Source of the DNA: Octopus bimaculoides
Lineage: Eukaryota
DNA length: 48,025 nucleotides
Reading direction: 5' to 3'
NCBI RefSeq assembly: GCF_001194135.2
Contig: NC_068984.1
Span: 10,463,948 to 10,511,972, forward strand
In this document: piece by piece, positions 35,587 to 48,025 of the stretch
Numbering within the stretch: the stretch's first letter is position 1
Layout: every line of letters begins with the position of its first letter
Notes under the pieces: generated by a model
Seen by the model: only the letters and a program-made list of their open reading frames with translations
Databases searched by the model: none
What the model was told of the DNA's origin: nothing
Translations under genes and position numbers: made by a program

Positions 35587-35730
35587 TTATTTACATTATT
35601 TACATTTGACGGATATTCGTCCTCATCTTGTTTGTTGTTAACACAACGTTTCGGCTGATATACCCTCCAGCCTTCGTCAGGTGTCTTGGGGAAATTTCGA
35701 ACCTGGGTTCTCATTCCTATCGATGTTACT
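35587..35730 (-). mobile_element. Hammerhead-bearing short element, family 1 (minus copy)
   Basis: Reverse complement of the 36058-36205 copy; (ATT)n lies on its 5' side. Confidence 0.85.
35640..35685 (-). ncRNA. Minimal type-I hammerhead ribozyme
   Basis: GACAC CUGACGA A GGCUG GAGGGUAUAU CAGCC GAAA CG UU GUGUU; identical to 36101-36146. Confidence 0.8.
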
Positions 35731-35964
35731 ATTATTATTATTATTATATTATTATTATATTATTATTATTATTATTATTATTATTGGGGGAGCATCATAG
35801 TCATGTGTTGAGAGGAACNNNNNNNNNNNNNNNNNNNNNNNNNNNNNNNNNNNNNNNNNNNNNNNNNNNNNNNNNNNNNNNNNNNNNNNNNNNNNNNNNN
35901 NNNNNNNNNNNNNNNNNNNNNNNNNNNNNNNNNNNNNNNNNNNNNNNNNNNNNNNNNNNNNNNN

Positions 35965-36017
<53 letters not shown>

Positions 36018-36057
36018 TAATAATAATATAATAATAATAATATAATAATAATAATAG

Positions 36058-36205
36058 TAACATCGATAGGAATGAGAACCCAGGTTCGAAATTTCCCCAA
36101 GACACCTGACGAAGGCTGGAGGGTATATCAGCCGAAACGTTGTGTTAACAACAAACAAGATGAGGACGAATATCCGTCAAATGTAAATAATGTAAATAAT
36201 GTAAA
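36058..36205 (+). mobile_element. Hammerhead-bearing short element, family 1 (plus copy)
   Basis: Follows (TAA)n; ends in aatgtaaat tandem tail repeats. Confidence 0.85.
36101..36146 (+). ncRNA. Minimal type-I hammerhead ribozyme
   Basis: Stem I GACAC (36101-05)/GUGUU (36142-46); core CUGACGA 36106-12; stem II GGCUG/CAGCC; GAAA 36134-37; palindromic AACGUU; predicted cleavage 3' of 36141. Confidence 0.8.
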
Positions 36206-36392
36206 TAGTTCATCATCTCTTAAATATAGAACTGTGGATGATGGTGATGATGATGATGCAGAAGAAACAGAAGAAGAAGAAGAAGAAGAAGAAGAAGAAG
36301 AAGAAGAAGAAGAAGATGATGATGACAACGATGACGACAACAATGACAATGATGACGACAATGGTGATATATATAGTTTAGAATGCGTGGGT

Positions 36393-36431
<39 letters not shown>

Positions 36432-36803
36432 CATACATATATATATCTGCGATTTTTCCTATGTAAAAAAAAACTACACCCATCAAGCATTTTATTGATA
36501 AGTGGAAAGACGAAAATAATTGAAAAGGTCAGAATGTGGATTTCCTGGCAACAACATGGCAGCCGTATGTATGCTAAGTGTAATATATGTATCACTGTGA
36601 CATATAAAAAGTACATATCTTATAATTAAAGTACATTGAGAAAGAATTATCAATATGATATAATTAGAGTGCCAAAATGTAGACCGTGCAAGAGATGATG
36701 GTTAATCAAATATTTCAAGAATAGCAAGCTCCGTTGCTGCGCACACATATATGCATATATCTATATATGTATTGATATATGTATGTGAGTGTGCTTGTAT
36801 ATA

Positions 36804-36834
<31 letters not shown>

Positions 36835-37607
36835 NNNNNNNNNNNNNNNNNNNNNNNNNNNNNNNNNNNNNNNNNNNNNNNNNNNNNNNNNNNNNNNNNN
36901 NNNNNNNNNNNNNNNNNNNNNNNNNNNNNNNNNNNNNNNNNNNNNNNNNNNNNNNNNNNNNNNNNNNNNNNNNNNNNNNNNNNNNNNNNNNNNNNNNNNN
37001 NNNNNNNNNNNNNNNNNNNNNNNNNNNNNNNNNNNNNNNNNNNNNNNNNNNNNNNNNNNNNNNNNNNNNNNNNNNNNNNNNNNNNNNNNNNNNNNNNNNN
37101 NNNNNNNNNNNNNNNNNNNNNNNNNNNNNNNNNNNNNNNNNNNNNNNNNNNNNNNNNNNNNNNNNNNNNNNNNNNNNNNNNNNNNNNNNNNNNNNNNNNN
37201 NNNNNNNNNNNNNNNNNNNNNNNNNNNNNNNNNNNNNNNNNNNNNNNNNNNNNNNNNNNNNNNNNNNNNNNNNNNNNNNNNNNNNNNNNNNNNNNNNNNN
37301 NNNNNNNNNNNNNNNNNNNNNNNNNNNNNNNNNNNNNNNNNNNNNNNNNNNNNNNNNNNNNNNNNNNNNNNNNNNNNNNNNNNNNNNNNNNNNNNNNNNN
37401 NNNNNNNNNNNNNNNNNNNNNNNNNNNNNNNNNNNNNNNNNNNNNNNNNNNNNNNNNNNNNNNNNNNNNNNNNNNNNNNNNNNNNNNNNNNNNNNNNNNN
37501 NNNNNNNNNNNNNNNNNNNNNNNNNNNNNNNNNNNNNNNNNNNNNNNNNNNNNNNNNNNNNNNNNNNNNNACTATTGGAGCTATATATATATGTGTGTGT
37601 ATGTCTA

Positions 37608-37654
<47 letters not shown>

Positions 37655-37809
37655 TTTTTTTAACCGACATAAAATTTCTGTGCATTTTACTTCTTTTAAT
37701 ATTCTTCACAACAATTTCATCGCATCGAATTATTTTCTCAAACCGTTTCATTACATGACAGATGGCTTTTGTTGTTATTGATGGTCATGTGCTCGATTTT
37801 CTTTGCAGC

Positions 37810-38281
37810 CACATCATCATCATCATCATCGTCGTCGTGGTCGTGGTCGTGGTCATCGTCATCATCATCATCAGCATCATCATCATCACCATCGCTGTTG
37901 TCGTTGTTGTCATCATTGTCATCGTTGTCACTGTCATCACCATCATAATTGCTGTTACCTATGCAGTTGTCATCGTCGTCATCATCATCATCATCATCGT
38001 CGTCGTCGTCGTCACCATCACCATCACCATCACCATCATCATCATCGTCGTCATTGTCATCATTGTCATTGTCGTATTTGTCATTGTCATCATCATTTTT
38101 GTTGTCATCATCACCATTCACCATTGTCATCATCACCATTCACCATTGTCATCGCTGTGGTCATCATCATTATTATGTCATCATCATAATCATCATCATC
38201 ATCAACATCATCATCATCATCATCATCATCACCATCTTCCTCATTAATGGCAGCTGCTGCAAAAAAAATACGTCATCAATT

Positions 38282-38318
<37 letters not shown>

Positions 38319-38387
38319 CTGATCAACATCAGGAAAATATAGCAAACACACAAAATCTATAACTGAAGCTGCTGCAGCTGCTGCTGC

Positions 38388-38418
<31 letters not shown>

Positions 38419-38475
38419 GCTGCTGCTGCTGCTGCTGCTGTTGCTGTTGTTGTTGTTGTTGTTGTTGTTGTTGAT
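37810..38475. repeat. (CAT)n/(CGT)n/(CAA)n/(GCT)n trinucleotide low-complexity tract
   Basis: Seen directly. Confidence 0.95.
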
Positions 38476-39349
38476 GTTCATGTACTATGATGTCCTCCCC
38501 CTCCTTCCCCCTCCTTCNNNNNNNNNNNNNNNNCACACCATCACATCTCGAAAACTTCTTTCTCATTTATCATACATTGACATGGTATCAGATACAGAAA
38601 GAAGTTTTAATTCCCTAGAACGTAAAGCTAGACACAATAAAATATTAAAATATTTGAAAATTAAATTATATTTCTTCAAAAGATTTTAGATCAAAAGAGC
38701 GTAAAATACTATAATTATTAAAATATATTCCATTTTGATGCTAAAATGGCCGTGTGAATTATCAGTTTGTCGCTTTCCAGCCAAACGGTTTGGGGTTCAG
38801 CCCCATTCTGTGGCACCTTGAACAAGTGTCTTCTACTACAGCTCCAAGTCGACCAAAGTCTTGTGAAGGGGGTAGGTAAATGAAAACTGAAAGAAGCCTT
38901 TTGTATACTCATATCATTTGAATTATCATCATCGTTTAAAATCATCCTTCAGTTGTTTGGCAATATGCTGTGCTTGTGAAGACCTGTTGTAAAAAGCACC
39001 ATTTGAGCATTGGGCCTCATGGAGGTAGTGATAGGTGACCAAGAGCCTTAGTGATATACTGTGCTGGTCACAAAACCAAACAACATCTCATCTAATCTGA
39101 TTTGTTCTCTAATTAATTAGCCTATAACTCTTTCTTTAAGTTTCATGACATGGTCCAGCAATTTAATATGAATCTAATTACTTTTATCTAAGGCATGTCT
39201 TTTACCCTTGTAACAGTTAGCTATAATGCTGCTATACCAGTCAGTGGATATAACAACTTCCTGTACGACCTGATTATATATATAATATTTTACTTTGGTT
39301 GAGTCAGTCTCTTGCTGCTCTGAGTTTCATCTGATCATCAAGAAAGTTG

Positions 39350-40010
39350 TGATTGGAAGTTACGGAACCAGAAAAGTAATAAGAATTAACCCACCCTACA
39401 GCATCAATGTATCCCAATATCACCTGATGATTTTTCTCTCTTATAAGAAAGCACTTCCCCAGTCAAATATTCAATATGAAGACAGTCCAGGTTATATGGA
39501 GCTGCCTTGGTAATTAGCATCACAAACACTAAATCACACTAAGATAACTACACATACTAACAATTTAAATCTGACTCAACATGATTGTAATTGTAGAAAC
39601 CAATTGTAATGTCTGTTAGATAATTCCCTCTTGAAAGAGCTTATCTGCAAGGGCAAAATTCAAAACAATGAAAACACCATAAAATTGAATATAGAGCTTA
39701 CAAAAAATACCTTTAAGGCCCATTTCATGTAACATCCCTATACAATCCATAATAATAGTAGAAGGGATTCTATATCATTATCTAAGTACACCTGGCAGCT
39801 AAAAGCAAGAATATAAATAATCTTACCATCATGTGGAACACTTTAGTGAAAGCAAATACGTATAATGTACAGGACACAAGATATAATCTGTGCATAACCA
39901 GAAAACTGCACAATGTGTCTGTGACTAATATCCTAAACTCAAGAGAAGAGAAACCTGCACCCTGCCTACATGTGAGAAAATTCAGTCTACGAGTATTTAA
40001 ACATAGTCCT
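39350..40010 (+). mobile_element. Penelope-like element linker plus C-terminal GIY-YIG-type endonuclease, decayed
   Basis: RKVIRINPPYSINVS, LIRKHFP, NCNCRNQ, ELTKNTFK, SLSKYTWQLK, MWNTLVKANTYN, NLCITRKL, NILNSREE...CLHVRKF. Confidence 0.72.
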
Positions 40011-40109
40011 CCTCCAGATGAATTCCATTGACAAACAGGTTAGCAGCAATCTTAAATGTGGATTTCTAGTCATGGGCCCTCACCTCTTCATTCTTAATTA
40101 TCACTGCCT

Positions 40110-40375
40110 GTCCCACCATTATCCTGACCACTGGTGCACATAAAAGGCACCCATGCTGGTGCCACATGTAAAGCACTGGTGCTGGTTCCACATAAAAAGC
40201 ACCCAGTACACTCTGTAGAGTGGTTGACATTAGGAAAGGCATCCAGCTGTAGAAACCATCCCAAAACAGACAACTGGAGCCTGGAGCAGTTCTCTGGCTT
40301 GTCAGCTCCTGTCAAACCATCCAACCATGCCAGCATGGAAAACAGATGTTAAATGATAATGATGATGATGATGAT
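40110..40375 (+). mobile_element. RTE-type 3'-UTR fragment with a (GAT)n tail
   Basis: aaaagcaccc repeats, ggaaaggcatccagctgtagaaac, ccaaccatgccagcatggaaaac. Confidence 0.7.
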
Positions 40376-42299
40376 TTTACCAAAATTTTACCAAGATTTT
40401 TCCTTTCATATTTAGGTATTTTAGAATCATAGTCTTTCATTCCCTTTTGTTCTGTTGCTTATTTTTCCTGTTTTTCCCATTAATTTTCCATTTTTCTTCA
40501 CAATCATTAGTTTTATAAACTCTTTCAGTATCTTTCCATCCTCGTGTACCTCATTATCTTCTCATCATCTTTTTAAATTATTTTTTTCTAATTAATTTTT
40601 TTACAAATTTTCTAAACTTTTTTCCAATTTTTTCTTTATAATATTCCTTATGTTAATATTATCTCTACCAATGTTCCATTTTCTCTTTTTTGGTTTCCAT
40701 TTTTTCCCCACATTTTTTAAAATTTTGTCTTCGTTCTTATTTTATTCCATTTATGACCATCACTTAGAATTTTGAGATATTGACCATGCGTCCCAAGGAA
40801 GAGAATAACAATACTGATGATGACGATGGTGATGATGATGATAATAATGATGTTATTGTTGCTGCTGCTGCTGCTATTACAGCAGCTACTAGTGATGCTG
40901 CTGCTAATGCTGTCTCTGCTGCTGCTGATGATGGTGATGATGATGGTGATGATGGCAGTGACAGGAATGACAATGATGATGACAACAGAGATGATGACAA
41001 CAATAATGGTGATGCTGGCATCAACCCCATAGAACCCTTATTCTTTTGTCTTCTTAAATGGTATCATGCAACCATTGCAGGTATGCCCTTACCTCTAAAC
41101 CTTATGCTCCTTAAAAGGGGACAATATCCAATTCAAGCCCCTAAAAGGCAGGCATTATTATCATTAAATATTTTTGCATGGTTATTTCACGTTCATAAAA
41201 CATGACTAAACCAGTTTCCAAAAGACTGACCTTTCCCTTCAGAGCCAGAAGAATTCTTCAGCTTTGACAGGTTCCAATTCTCTACATAGTTCATGGGATA
41301 CTTACTGCTCCCACATCTGGGACTACTACCACTACTACCACCACCACCGCCGCCGCCACCGCCACCACCACCACCACCACCACCACCACTTCCCTTCTTC
41401 TNNNNNNNNNNNNNNNNNNNNNNNNNNNNNNNNNNNNNNNNNNNNNNNNNNNNNNNNNNNNNNNNNNNNNNNNNNNNNNNNNNNNNNNNNNNNNNNNNNN
41501 NNNNNNNNNNNNNNNNNNNNNNNNNNNNNNNNNNNNNNNNNNNNNNNNNNNNNNNNNNNNNNNNNNNNNNNNNNNNNNNNNNNNNNNNNNNNNNNNNNNN
41601 NNNNNNNNNNNNNNNNNNNNNNNNNNNNNNNNNNNNNNNNNNNNNNNNNNNNNNNNNNNNNNNNNNNNNNNNNNNNNNNNNNNNNNNNNNNNNNNNNNNN
41701 NNNNNNNNNNNNNNNNNNNNNNNNNNNNNNNNNNNNNNNNNNNNNNNNNNNNNNNNNNNNNNNNNNNNNNNNNNNNNNNNNNNNNNNNNNNNNNNNNNNN
41801 NNNNNNNNNNNNNNNNNNNNNNNNNNNNNNNNNNNNNNNNNNNNNNNNNNNNNNNNNNNNNNNNNNNNNNNNNNNNNNNNNNNNNNNNNNNNNNNNNNNN
41901 NNNNNNNNNNNNNNNNNNNNNNNNNNNNNNNNNNNNNNNNNNNNNNNNNNNNNNNNNNNNNNNNNNNNNNNNNNNNNNNNNNNNNNNNNNNNNNNNNNNN
42001 NNNNNNNNNNNNNNNNNNNNNNNNNNNNNNNNNNNNNNNNNNNNNNNNNNNNNNNNNNNNNNNNNNNNNNNNNNNNNNNNNNNNNNNNNNNNNNNNNNNN
42101 NNNNNNNNNNNNNNNNNNNNNNNNNNNNNNNNNNNNNNNNNNNNNNNNNNNNNNNNNNNNNNNNNNNNNNNNNNNNNNNNNNNNNNNNNNNNNNNNNNNN
42201 NNNNNNNNNNNNNNNNNNNNNNNNNNNNNNNNNNNNNNNNNNNNNNNNNNNNNNNNNNNNNNNNNNNNNNNNNNNNNNNNNNNNNNNNNNNNNNNNNNN

Positions 42300-42483
42300 A
42301 CGTAAAAGCACTCACTACACTCTCAGAGTGGTTGTCATTAGGAAGGGCATCCAGCTGTAGAAACTCTGCCAGATCAGATTGGAGTCTGGTGTAGCCATCT
42401 GGTTCGCCAGTCCCCAGTCAAATCGTCCAACCCATGCTAGCATGGAAAGCGGACGTTAAATGATGATGATGATGAAGATGATG
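42300..42483 (+). mobile_element. RTE-type 3'-UTR fragment with a (GAT)n tail
   Basis: aggaagggcatccagctgtagaaac...ccaacccatgctagcatggaaagcggacgttaaatgatg. Confidence 0.75.
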
Positions 42484-42488
42484 TATTT

Positions 42489-42668
42489 CCCACCTGGATG
42501 GGTCACCGGTCCATCACAGGATTACTCATTTTTGCCAGCTGAGTGGACTGGAGCAATGTGAAATGAAGTGTTTTGCTCAAGAACACAACACATCGCCCAG
42601 TCCAGGAATCGAAACCACAGTCTTACAATCATGAGTCCAACGCCCTAACCACTAAGTCGCGTGCCTCC
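42489..42668 (-). mobile_element. SINE family D
   Basis: Reverse complement of the family D head and body. Confidence 0.75.
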
Positions 42669-43120
42669 ACTAGAGCCTTATTCAGTGTGTCATGAATTGG
42701 TAAAGGCTGAAAATTGTTCCCCTAGAGGAGTTAGTTTTAGATTAATAATGCATGTAAATGTAGTATGAATGCTTCCAGTTGTATCAAAAAAATTATAGAC
42801 AGAGAAGGAGTTCCAGATGACTGATGCTCTGGAGAGGTGGTCATGGTGACCAGAGTTGGGTAGGATGAATAGAGAGACGGTTGTGAGTTGAATGGTCCTG
42901 GTAGTGAAGCTTGTAGGAAAAAGAATTGGATATTAGTTAGATTAAAGTTATAATGTACACTACCGCTATAACCTATACCAGCACTATCGAATTCAATAAC
43001 ACCACCAACAACAACAACAAAAACCACAACAACAAAAGCACAATCAATACTACAGCACAACTACTACGATAGTGAATACTAAGAACAGCTATAAGTATAC
43101 CTCCAGTTATATCACTACAA

Positions 43121-43153
<33 letters not shown>

Positions 43154-44543
43154 ACAGTAAAAAAAAAAAACCCACAACACTAAGCACAATATCAGAAACA
43201 CAAACACCAGCAGCATCACTATCAATAACAATCTTATCACCAACATCAGTGTGGCGACCACCACCACCACCACCACCAACACCTTCATCAGCATCATCAT
43301 CATNNNNNNNNNNNNNNNNNNNNNNNNNNNNNNNNNNNNNNNNNNNNNNNNNNNNNNNNNNNNNNNNNNNNNNNNNNNNNNNNNNNNNNNNNNNNNNNNN
43401 NNNNNNNNNNNNNNNNNNNNNNNNNNNNNNNNNNNNNNNNNNNNNNNNNNNNNNNNNNNNNNNNNNNNNNNNNNNNNNNNNNNNNNNNNNNNNNNNNNNN
43501 NNNNNNNNNNNNNNNNNNNNNNNNNNNNNNNNNNNNNNNNNNNNNNNNNNNNNNNNNNNNNNNNNNNNNNNNNNNNNNNNNNNNNNNNNNNNNNNNNNNN
43601 NNNNNNNNNNNNNNNNNNNNNNNNNNNNNNNNNNNNNNNNNNNNNNNNNNNNNNNNNNNNNNNNNNNNNNNNNNNNNNNNNNNNNNNNNNNNNNNNNNNN
43701 NNNNNNNNNNNNNNNNNNNNNNNNNNNNNNNNNNNNNNNNNNNNNNNNNNNNNNNNNNNNNNNNNNNNNNNNNNNNNNNNNNNNNNNNNNNNNNNNNNNN
43801 NNNNNNNNNNNNNNNNNNNNNNNNNNNNNNNNNNNNNNNNNNNNNNNNNNNNNNNNNNNTATATATACATTGTATATTCTCTTCTGTTTTTAATTATTTA
43901 GATTCTTCCTCTGCGGAAGGAGGAGCTGGTTTCTTACAAAGATGCGGAACTCCGTCGTGTGTTTATGTATGTATGCATGTATGCATGTATGTACGTATGT
44001 ATGTATGTATGTATTTATGTATGTATGTACGTATGCATGTCTTTCAGTGAGGGGTAGGATCTTTTTGTTCAGTTTTCCAATTATATTTATATTTCGTTAT
44101 TCCCCCCCACCCTCAACTCTTTCTTTTGTACATGCCCATTAAACATTGATTTGAGGCAGAAATAATCATTTTAATTTTGCTTTCTTCAAAAGAAACTTTT
44201 ATCATTCATTTTAAAACAGAATTTTTTATTTACTGATTTCTGCACAGATTTCATTCCAAAACCATGTGTTGTATTATCTTCTATCAATTCTCTCCTCTTA
44301 ACTTTTAACTTTGGAAGATATTCTCTTTAAATGGGGCCCTTTAGACATATGTTAGTTCTTAAAATACAACTTATCAACTTAACATCTATAAGTGCATAAG
44401 CCCCACAAGAAGATATAAAAGTTGAACAACCTGATCTTCAAAGTTATCTAACAATGGAGATTATCTCTCCCGGGATAAATATTCTTCTATTATGGCATAC
44501 ACAATTGCGGCAGTATTAAGTTAAAATAGCTATTTTTGTATTA

Positions 44544-44805
44544 TACTTAATGTATATACATCAATCATAGGCCAATTACTACAGTATTTATCCCGAGATA
44601 ACATCTCTTATGGATGTCATGTGTCATTGAAAAGGCCTCCAAAAGGCTGAAATACATCTAGCGTTTTCACTGGCTACTGCTAGGATGAGTTTTCCTCTTC
44701 CTCTGATATTTATTGTGTTTTTAACACAGCATGTCCATAAGAGATGTTATCTCAAGACAAATACTGCAGTAACAGGGACTATCAACTGTGTATATACATT
44801 AAGTG
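44544..44805. mobile_element. MITE with about 80-bp imperfect terminal inverted repeats
   Basis: acttaatgtatataca...gagataacatctcttatgga is mirrored by tccataagagatgttatctc...tgtatatacattaagt. Confidence 0.75.
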
Positions 44806-44825
44806 TGATACATATCTTTTATTTT

Positions 44826-45200
44826 TTTTACTTGCTTTAATCATTAGACTGTGGCCTTGCTGGGGCACTGCCCTGAAGAATTTTTAGCTGAATGAATCAA
44901 CCCCCGTACTGATTTTTATCAAAAGTCTATTTTGTTGGTTTCTTTTGCTGAACCACTAAGTTACAGGGACATAAACACACCAACGCCAGTTGTCAAGTGG
45001 CAGCAGGGGACAAATACAGACACAAAGAAACACACACATTAAATAATGATGACGATGATGAGCTTCTTTCAGCTTCCGTCTACTAAATCCACTCACAAGG
45101 CTTTGGTTAGCCAAAGGCTATAGCAGAATCTAAGGTGCCATGCTGTGGGACTGAACCCAGAACCATGTGGCTGATAAGCGAGCTTCTTACCACACAGCCA
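44826..45200 (-). mobile_element. SINE family A, diverged full length
   Basis: Both halves recognisable. Confidence 0.8.
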
Positions 45201-45499
45201 TGGCTGTGTCATGGAAGACTATTTTAAATAAAATTGCTGCCTTAATTGCATATACCAGAGTTTTATTCAGCTGGGCAGTTATTTGTTACATCAGTGAATG
45301 TTTTATTTAGTTTTGCCAACATCACAGATGATGATTTCTCCTCCAAGTATGTGGCTGGCTATGTTCCACTGAAAGAGCCTAAAGAAACTGAAATACATCT
45401 GAAATACGTACGTAAAACACTTTCAATACAGTGAAAATAAGAGCATCACAACAAACCACAGCACATACCCAAAGCACACAAGGCTGCACTCAGTAGTGC

Positions 45500-45650
45500 A
45501 GTGAAAGAAACCTATGCCAAACCGACTGGAGTCTGATGCTGCCCCATGGCTTGCCAGCTTTGGTCACACAGTCCAACCCATGCCAGCATGGACAATGGAC
45601 GATAAATGACGATGATGACGATGATGATGATGATGATGATAATAATGATG
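45500..45650 (+). mobile_element. RTE-type 3'-UTR fragment with a (GAT)n tail
   Basis: gtccaacccatgccagcatggacaatggacgataaatgacgatg. Confidence 0.65.
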
Positions 45651-45927
45651 ATGAATAATGGTATTAGTTCATGCATATATGCTCACGTTTTGAATTCTCT
45701 GCGTGTGTTTGAGGAAGAGGAGGAGGGTGGATAGATGGGTGGGTGGTGGGTGGGTCAGTCAGTCGGTCGGTTGGTTTAATGGCTGGATGAACTGTAGATA
45801 TAAATATGATGGAAAACAGAGAGAAACAAATAAAAACAATTTCCTGTCTTGGATTATATTTAGAATTTAAAGTACAAATGTTGTAGACATGAATCTGGTA
45901 GATGTCTAGGTTGGCTTGTGTTTCTCC

Positions 45928-46530
<603 letters not shown>

Positions 46531-47226
46531 CAGTATAGTAGGAATCTAATTCTTAATCCAAGAAAACAGAATCTTGCTGAGGTGACAGAATTGGTCAATG
46601 TTCTTAATCCGATTAGCTCTCATATTCATGAAATGCCTAACACCTTACCGATATTTCAAGAGAAGAAGACAATAAAAAGAAAAAGACAAAACAAGGTTAC
46701 ATTGTTTGTTGGTACAAATTCACAGAAAAATAACAAACTCTTTCCCCTCCCCCACAACTTTACCAAATTCCACAGCTTGTAAAATATAAATAATTGCAAG
46801 AAAGACATCAGCTGGAAACAATATATTGTGATAAAGAATCGGTGACGCAGGTCGAAAGTGATGGATCCGGCATTTAATCAATAAGCATTTATAAATCTTT
46901 GCGATTGGTTTTCCGCCCCGTGATCAAGTATTGAACAGTGAAATGTATGGTTATTTTAGCAAATTCATTATTCACCAAAGCAAGAAAGAATTCTTTAACC
47001 AAAGTATTAATTAGAAGACTTTGGCATCATAAAAGTATGGCTTTTTAATCTGTGACTGCTAACATATCTTCTGTTATTCATCTACAGTTAGATTTTGGAT
47101 GGATTTATATAAAAAATGTTATTTAATGTTTATTATTATTGGTTTTTCTAATGTTTATTTATTTGTTATTTTTTTAATGTGTGTTTGTTTATCTTTTTTT
47201 TGTTTGTTTTCCTTCGTTTTCAGCTT

Positions 47227-47636
47227 ATTCTTTTACTTGTTTCAGTCATTTTGACTGTGGTCATGCTGGAGCACCGCCTTTAGTCGAGCAAATCGACCCC
47301 AGGACTTATACTCTGTAAGCTTAGCACTTATTTTATCGGTGTCTATTTGCCGAACCACTAATGTTACGGGGATGTAAACACACCAACGCCAGTTGTGACA
47401 CGATGGTGAGGGGATAAACACAGACAATCAAACATACACACACACAGACACACACACACACACACACACACACATACGACGGGCTTCTTTCAGTTTCTGT
47501 CTACCAAGTCCACTCACAAGGCTTTGGTTGTTCCGAGGCTATAGTAGATGACACTTGCCCAAGATGCCATGCAGTGGGATTGAACCCGGGACCCTGTGGT
47601 TGGTAAGCAAGCTTCTTACTACACACACACTCCTGC
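47227..47636 (-). mobile_element. SINE family A, full length
   Basis: Close to consensus. Confidence 0.9.
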
Positions 47637-47651
47637 TTCTTTATTAAGTAA

Positions 47652-48025
47652 CTAGCAGAAACACCCGGCGTTGCCCGGGTTAAAGAGAATAATGAAATCT
47701 AAAAACGCCGTCTAGACTACGCATCATCTTTATATATAGAGATGTATATACACACACGCACCCAAACACACGTATATATATGTATATCAATATAAATATA
47801 TGAAAGTCAATGAAGTTTCGTAAAAGAAGGTGATCATGTACATACTTTCTTGCTGTTGTGATTATAACACCTCATTGTAAACTATGTTCCTTGTTTTCCC
47901 TTGTAGAGCATATACAAATAGGTTTTTTTGTTGCTGCCCACTCTTGAGCAGCCAACATACAGTTGTCCATGTGAGAAGCAGGGCTCTTCCAAGAGAAGAC
48001 CAGCTACAGACAGTGTTTGACCCTG
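47652..48025 (-). mobile_element. Helitron 3' end (continues beyond the window)
   Basis: Minus strand ends with hairpin CCCGGGCAACGCCGGG, 8 nt, then CTAG followed by host T; helicase C-terminus upstream. Confidence 0.88.
47862..48025 (-). pseudogene. Helitron Rep/Hel Pif1-like helicase, C-terminal end (one frameshift in an A7 run)
   Basis: QGQTLSVAGLLLEEPCFSHGQLYVGCSRVGSN followed by (K)NLFVYALQGKTRNIVYNEVL*. Confidence 0.88.

Noticed and set aside
40005-40050. Possible decayed hammerhead after the GIY-YIG fragment (ccagatgaattcc...acaaac)
   Set aside because: Both core strands are mutated and no convincing stem II exists.
36751-43901. ORFs of 200-376 aa spanning N runs
   Set aside because: Artefacts of translating assembly gaps.

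Overview
AT-rich, gap-ridden (many N runs) draft-assembly eukaryotic DNA made almost entirely of repeats. The SINE families and microsatellite load look like a coleoid cephalopod (Octopus-like) genome; this is an inference and no search was run. No intact host protein-coding gene could be identified. Contents: about 35 tRNA-derived SINE copies in three families (labelled A, B, D here) plus RTE-type 3'-UTR pieces; decayed LINEs (R4/Dong-type with restriction-like endonuclease, an L1/Tx1-like ORF1, RTE); Tc1, mariner and maT-like transposase relics; three MITE/foldback elements; a Helitron 3' end with a helicase C-terminus; a 30-bp minisatellite split by an LTR-like segment followed by a tRNA-Trp primer-binding site; and a promoter-like island at about 18.4 kb. 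The most notable system is Penelope-like: four minimal type-I hammerhead ribozyme motifs in two short element families (two core-intact copies form an inverted pair; the main family lies beside TAA microsatellites), together with decayed Penelope-like RT and GIY-YIG fragments. Repeat boundaries were read by eye and are approximate unless stated otherwise.
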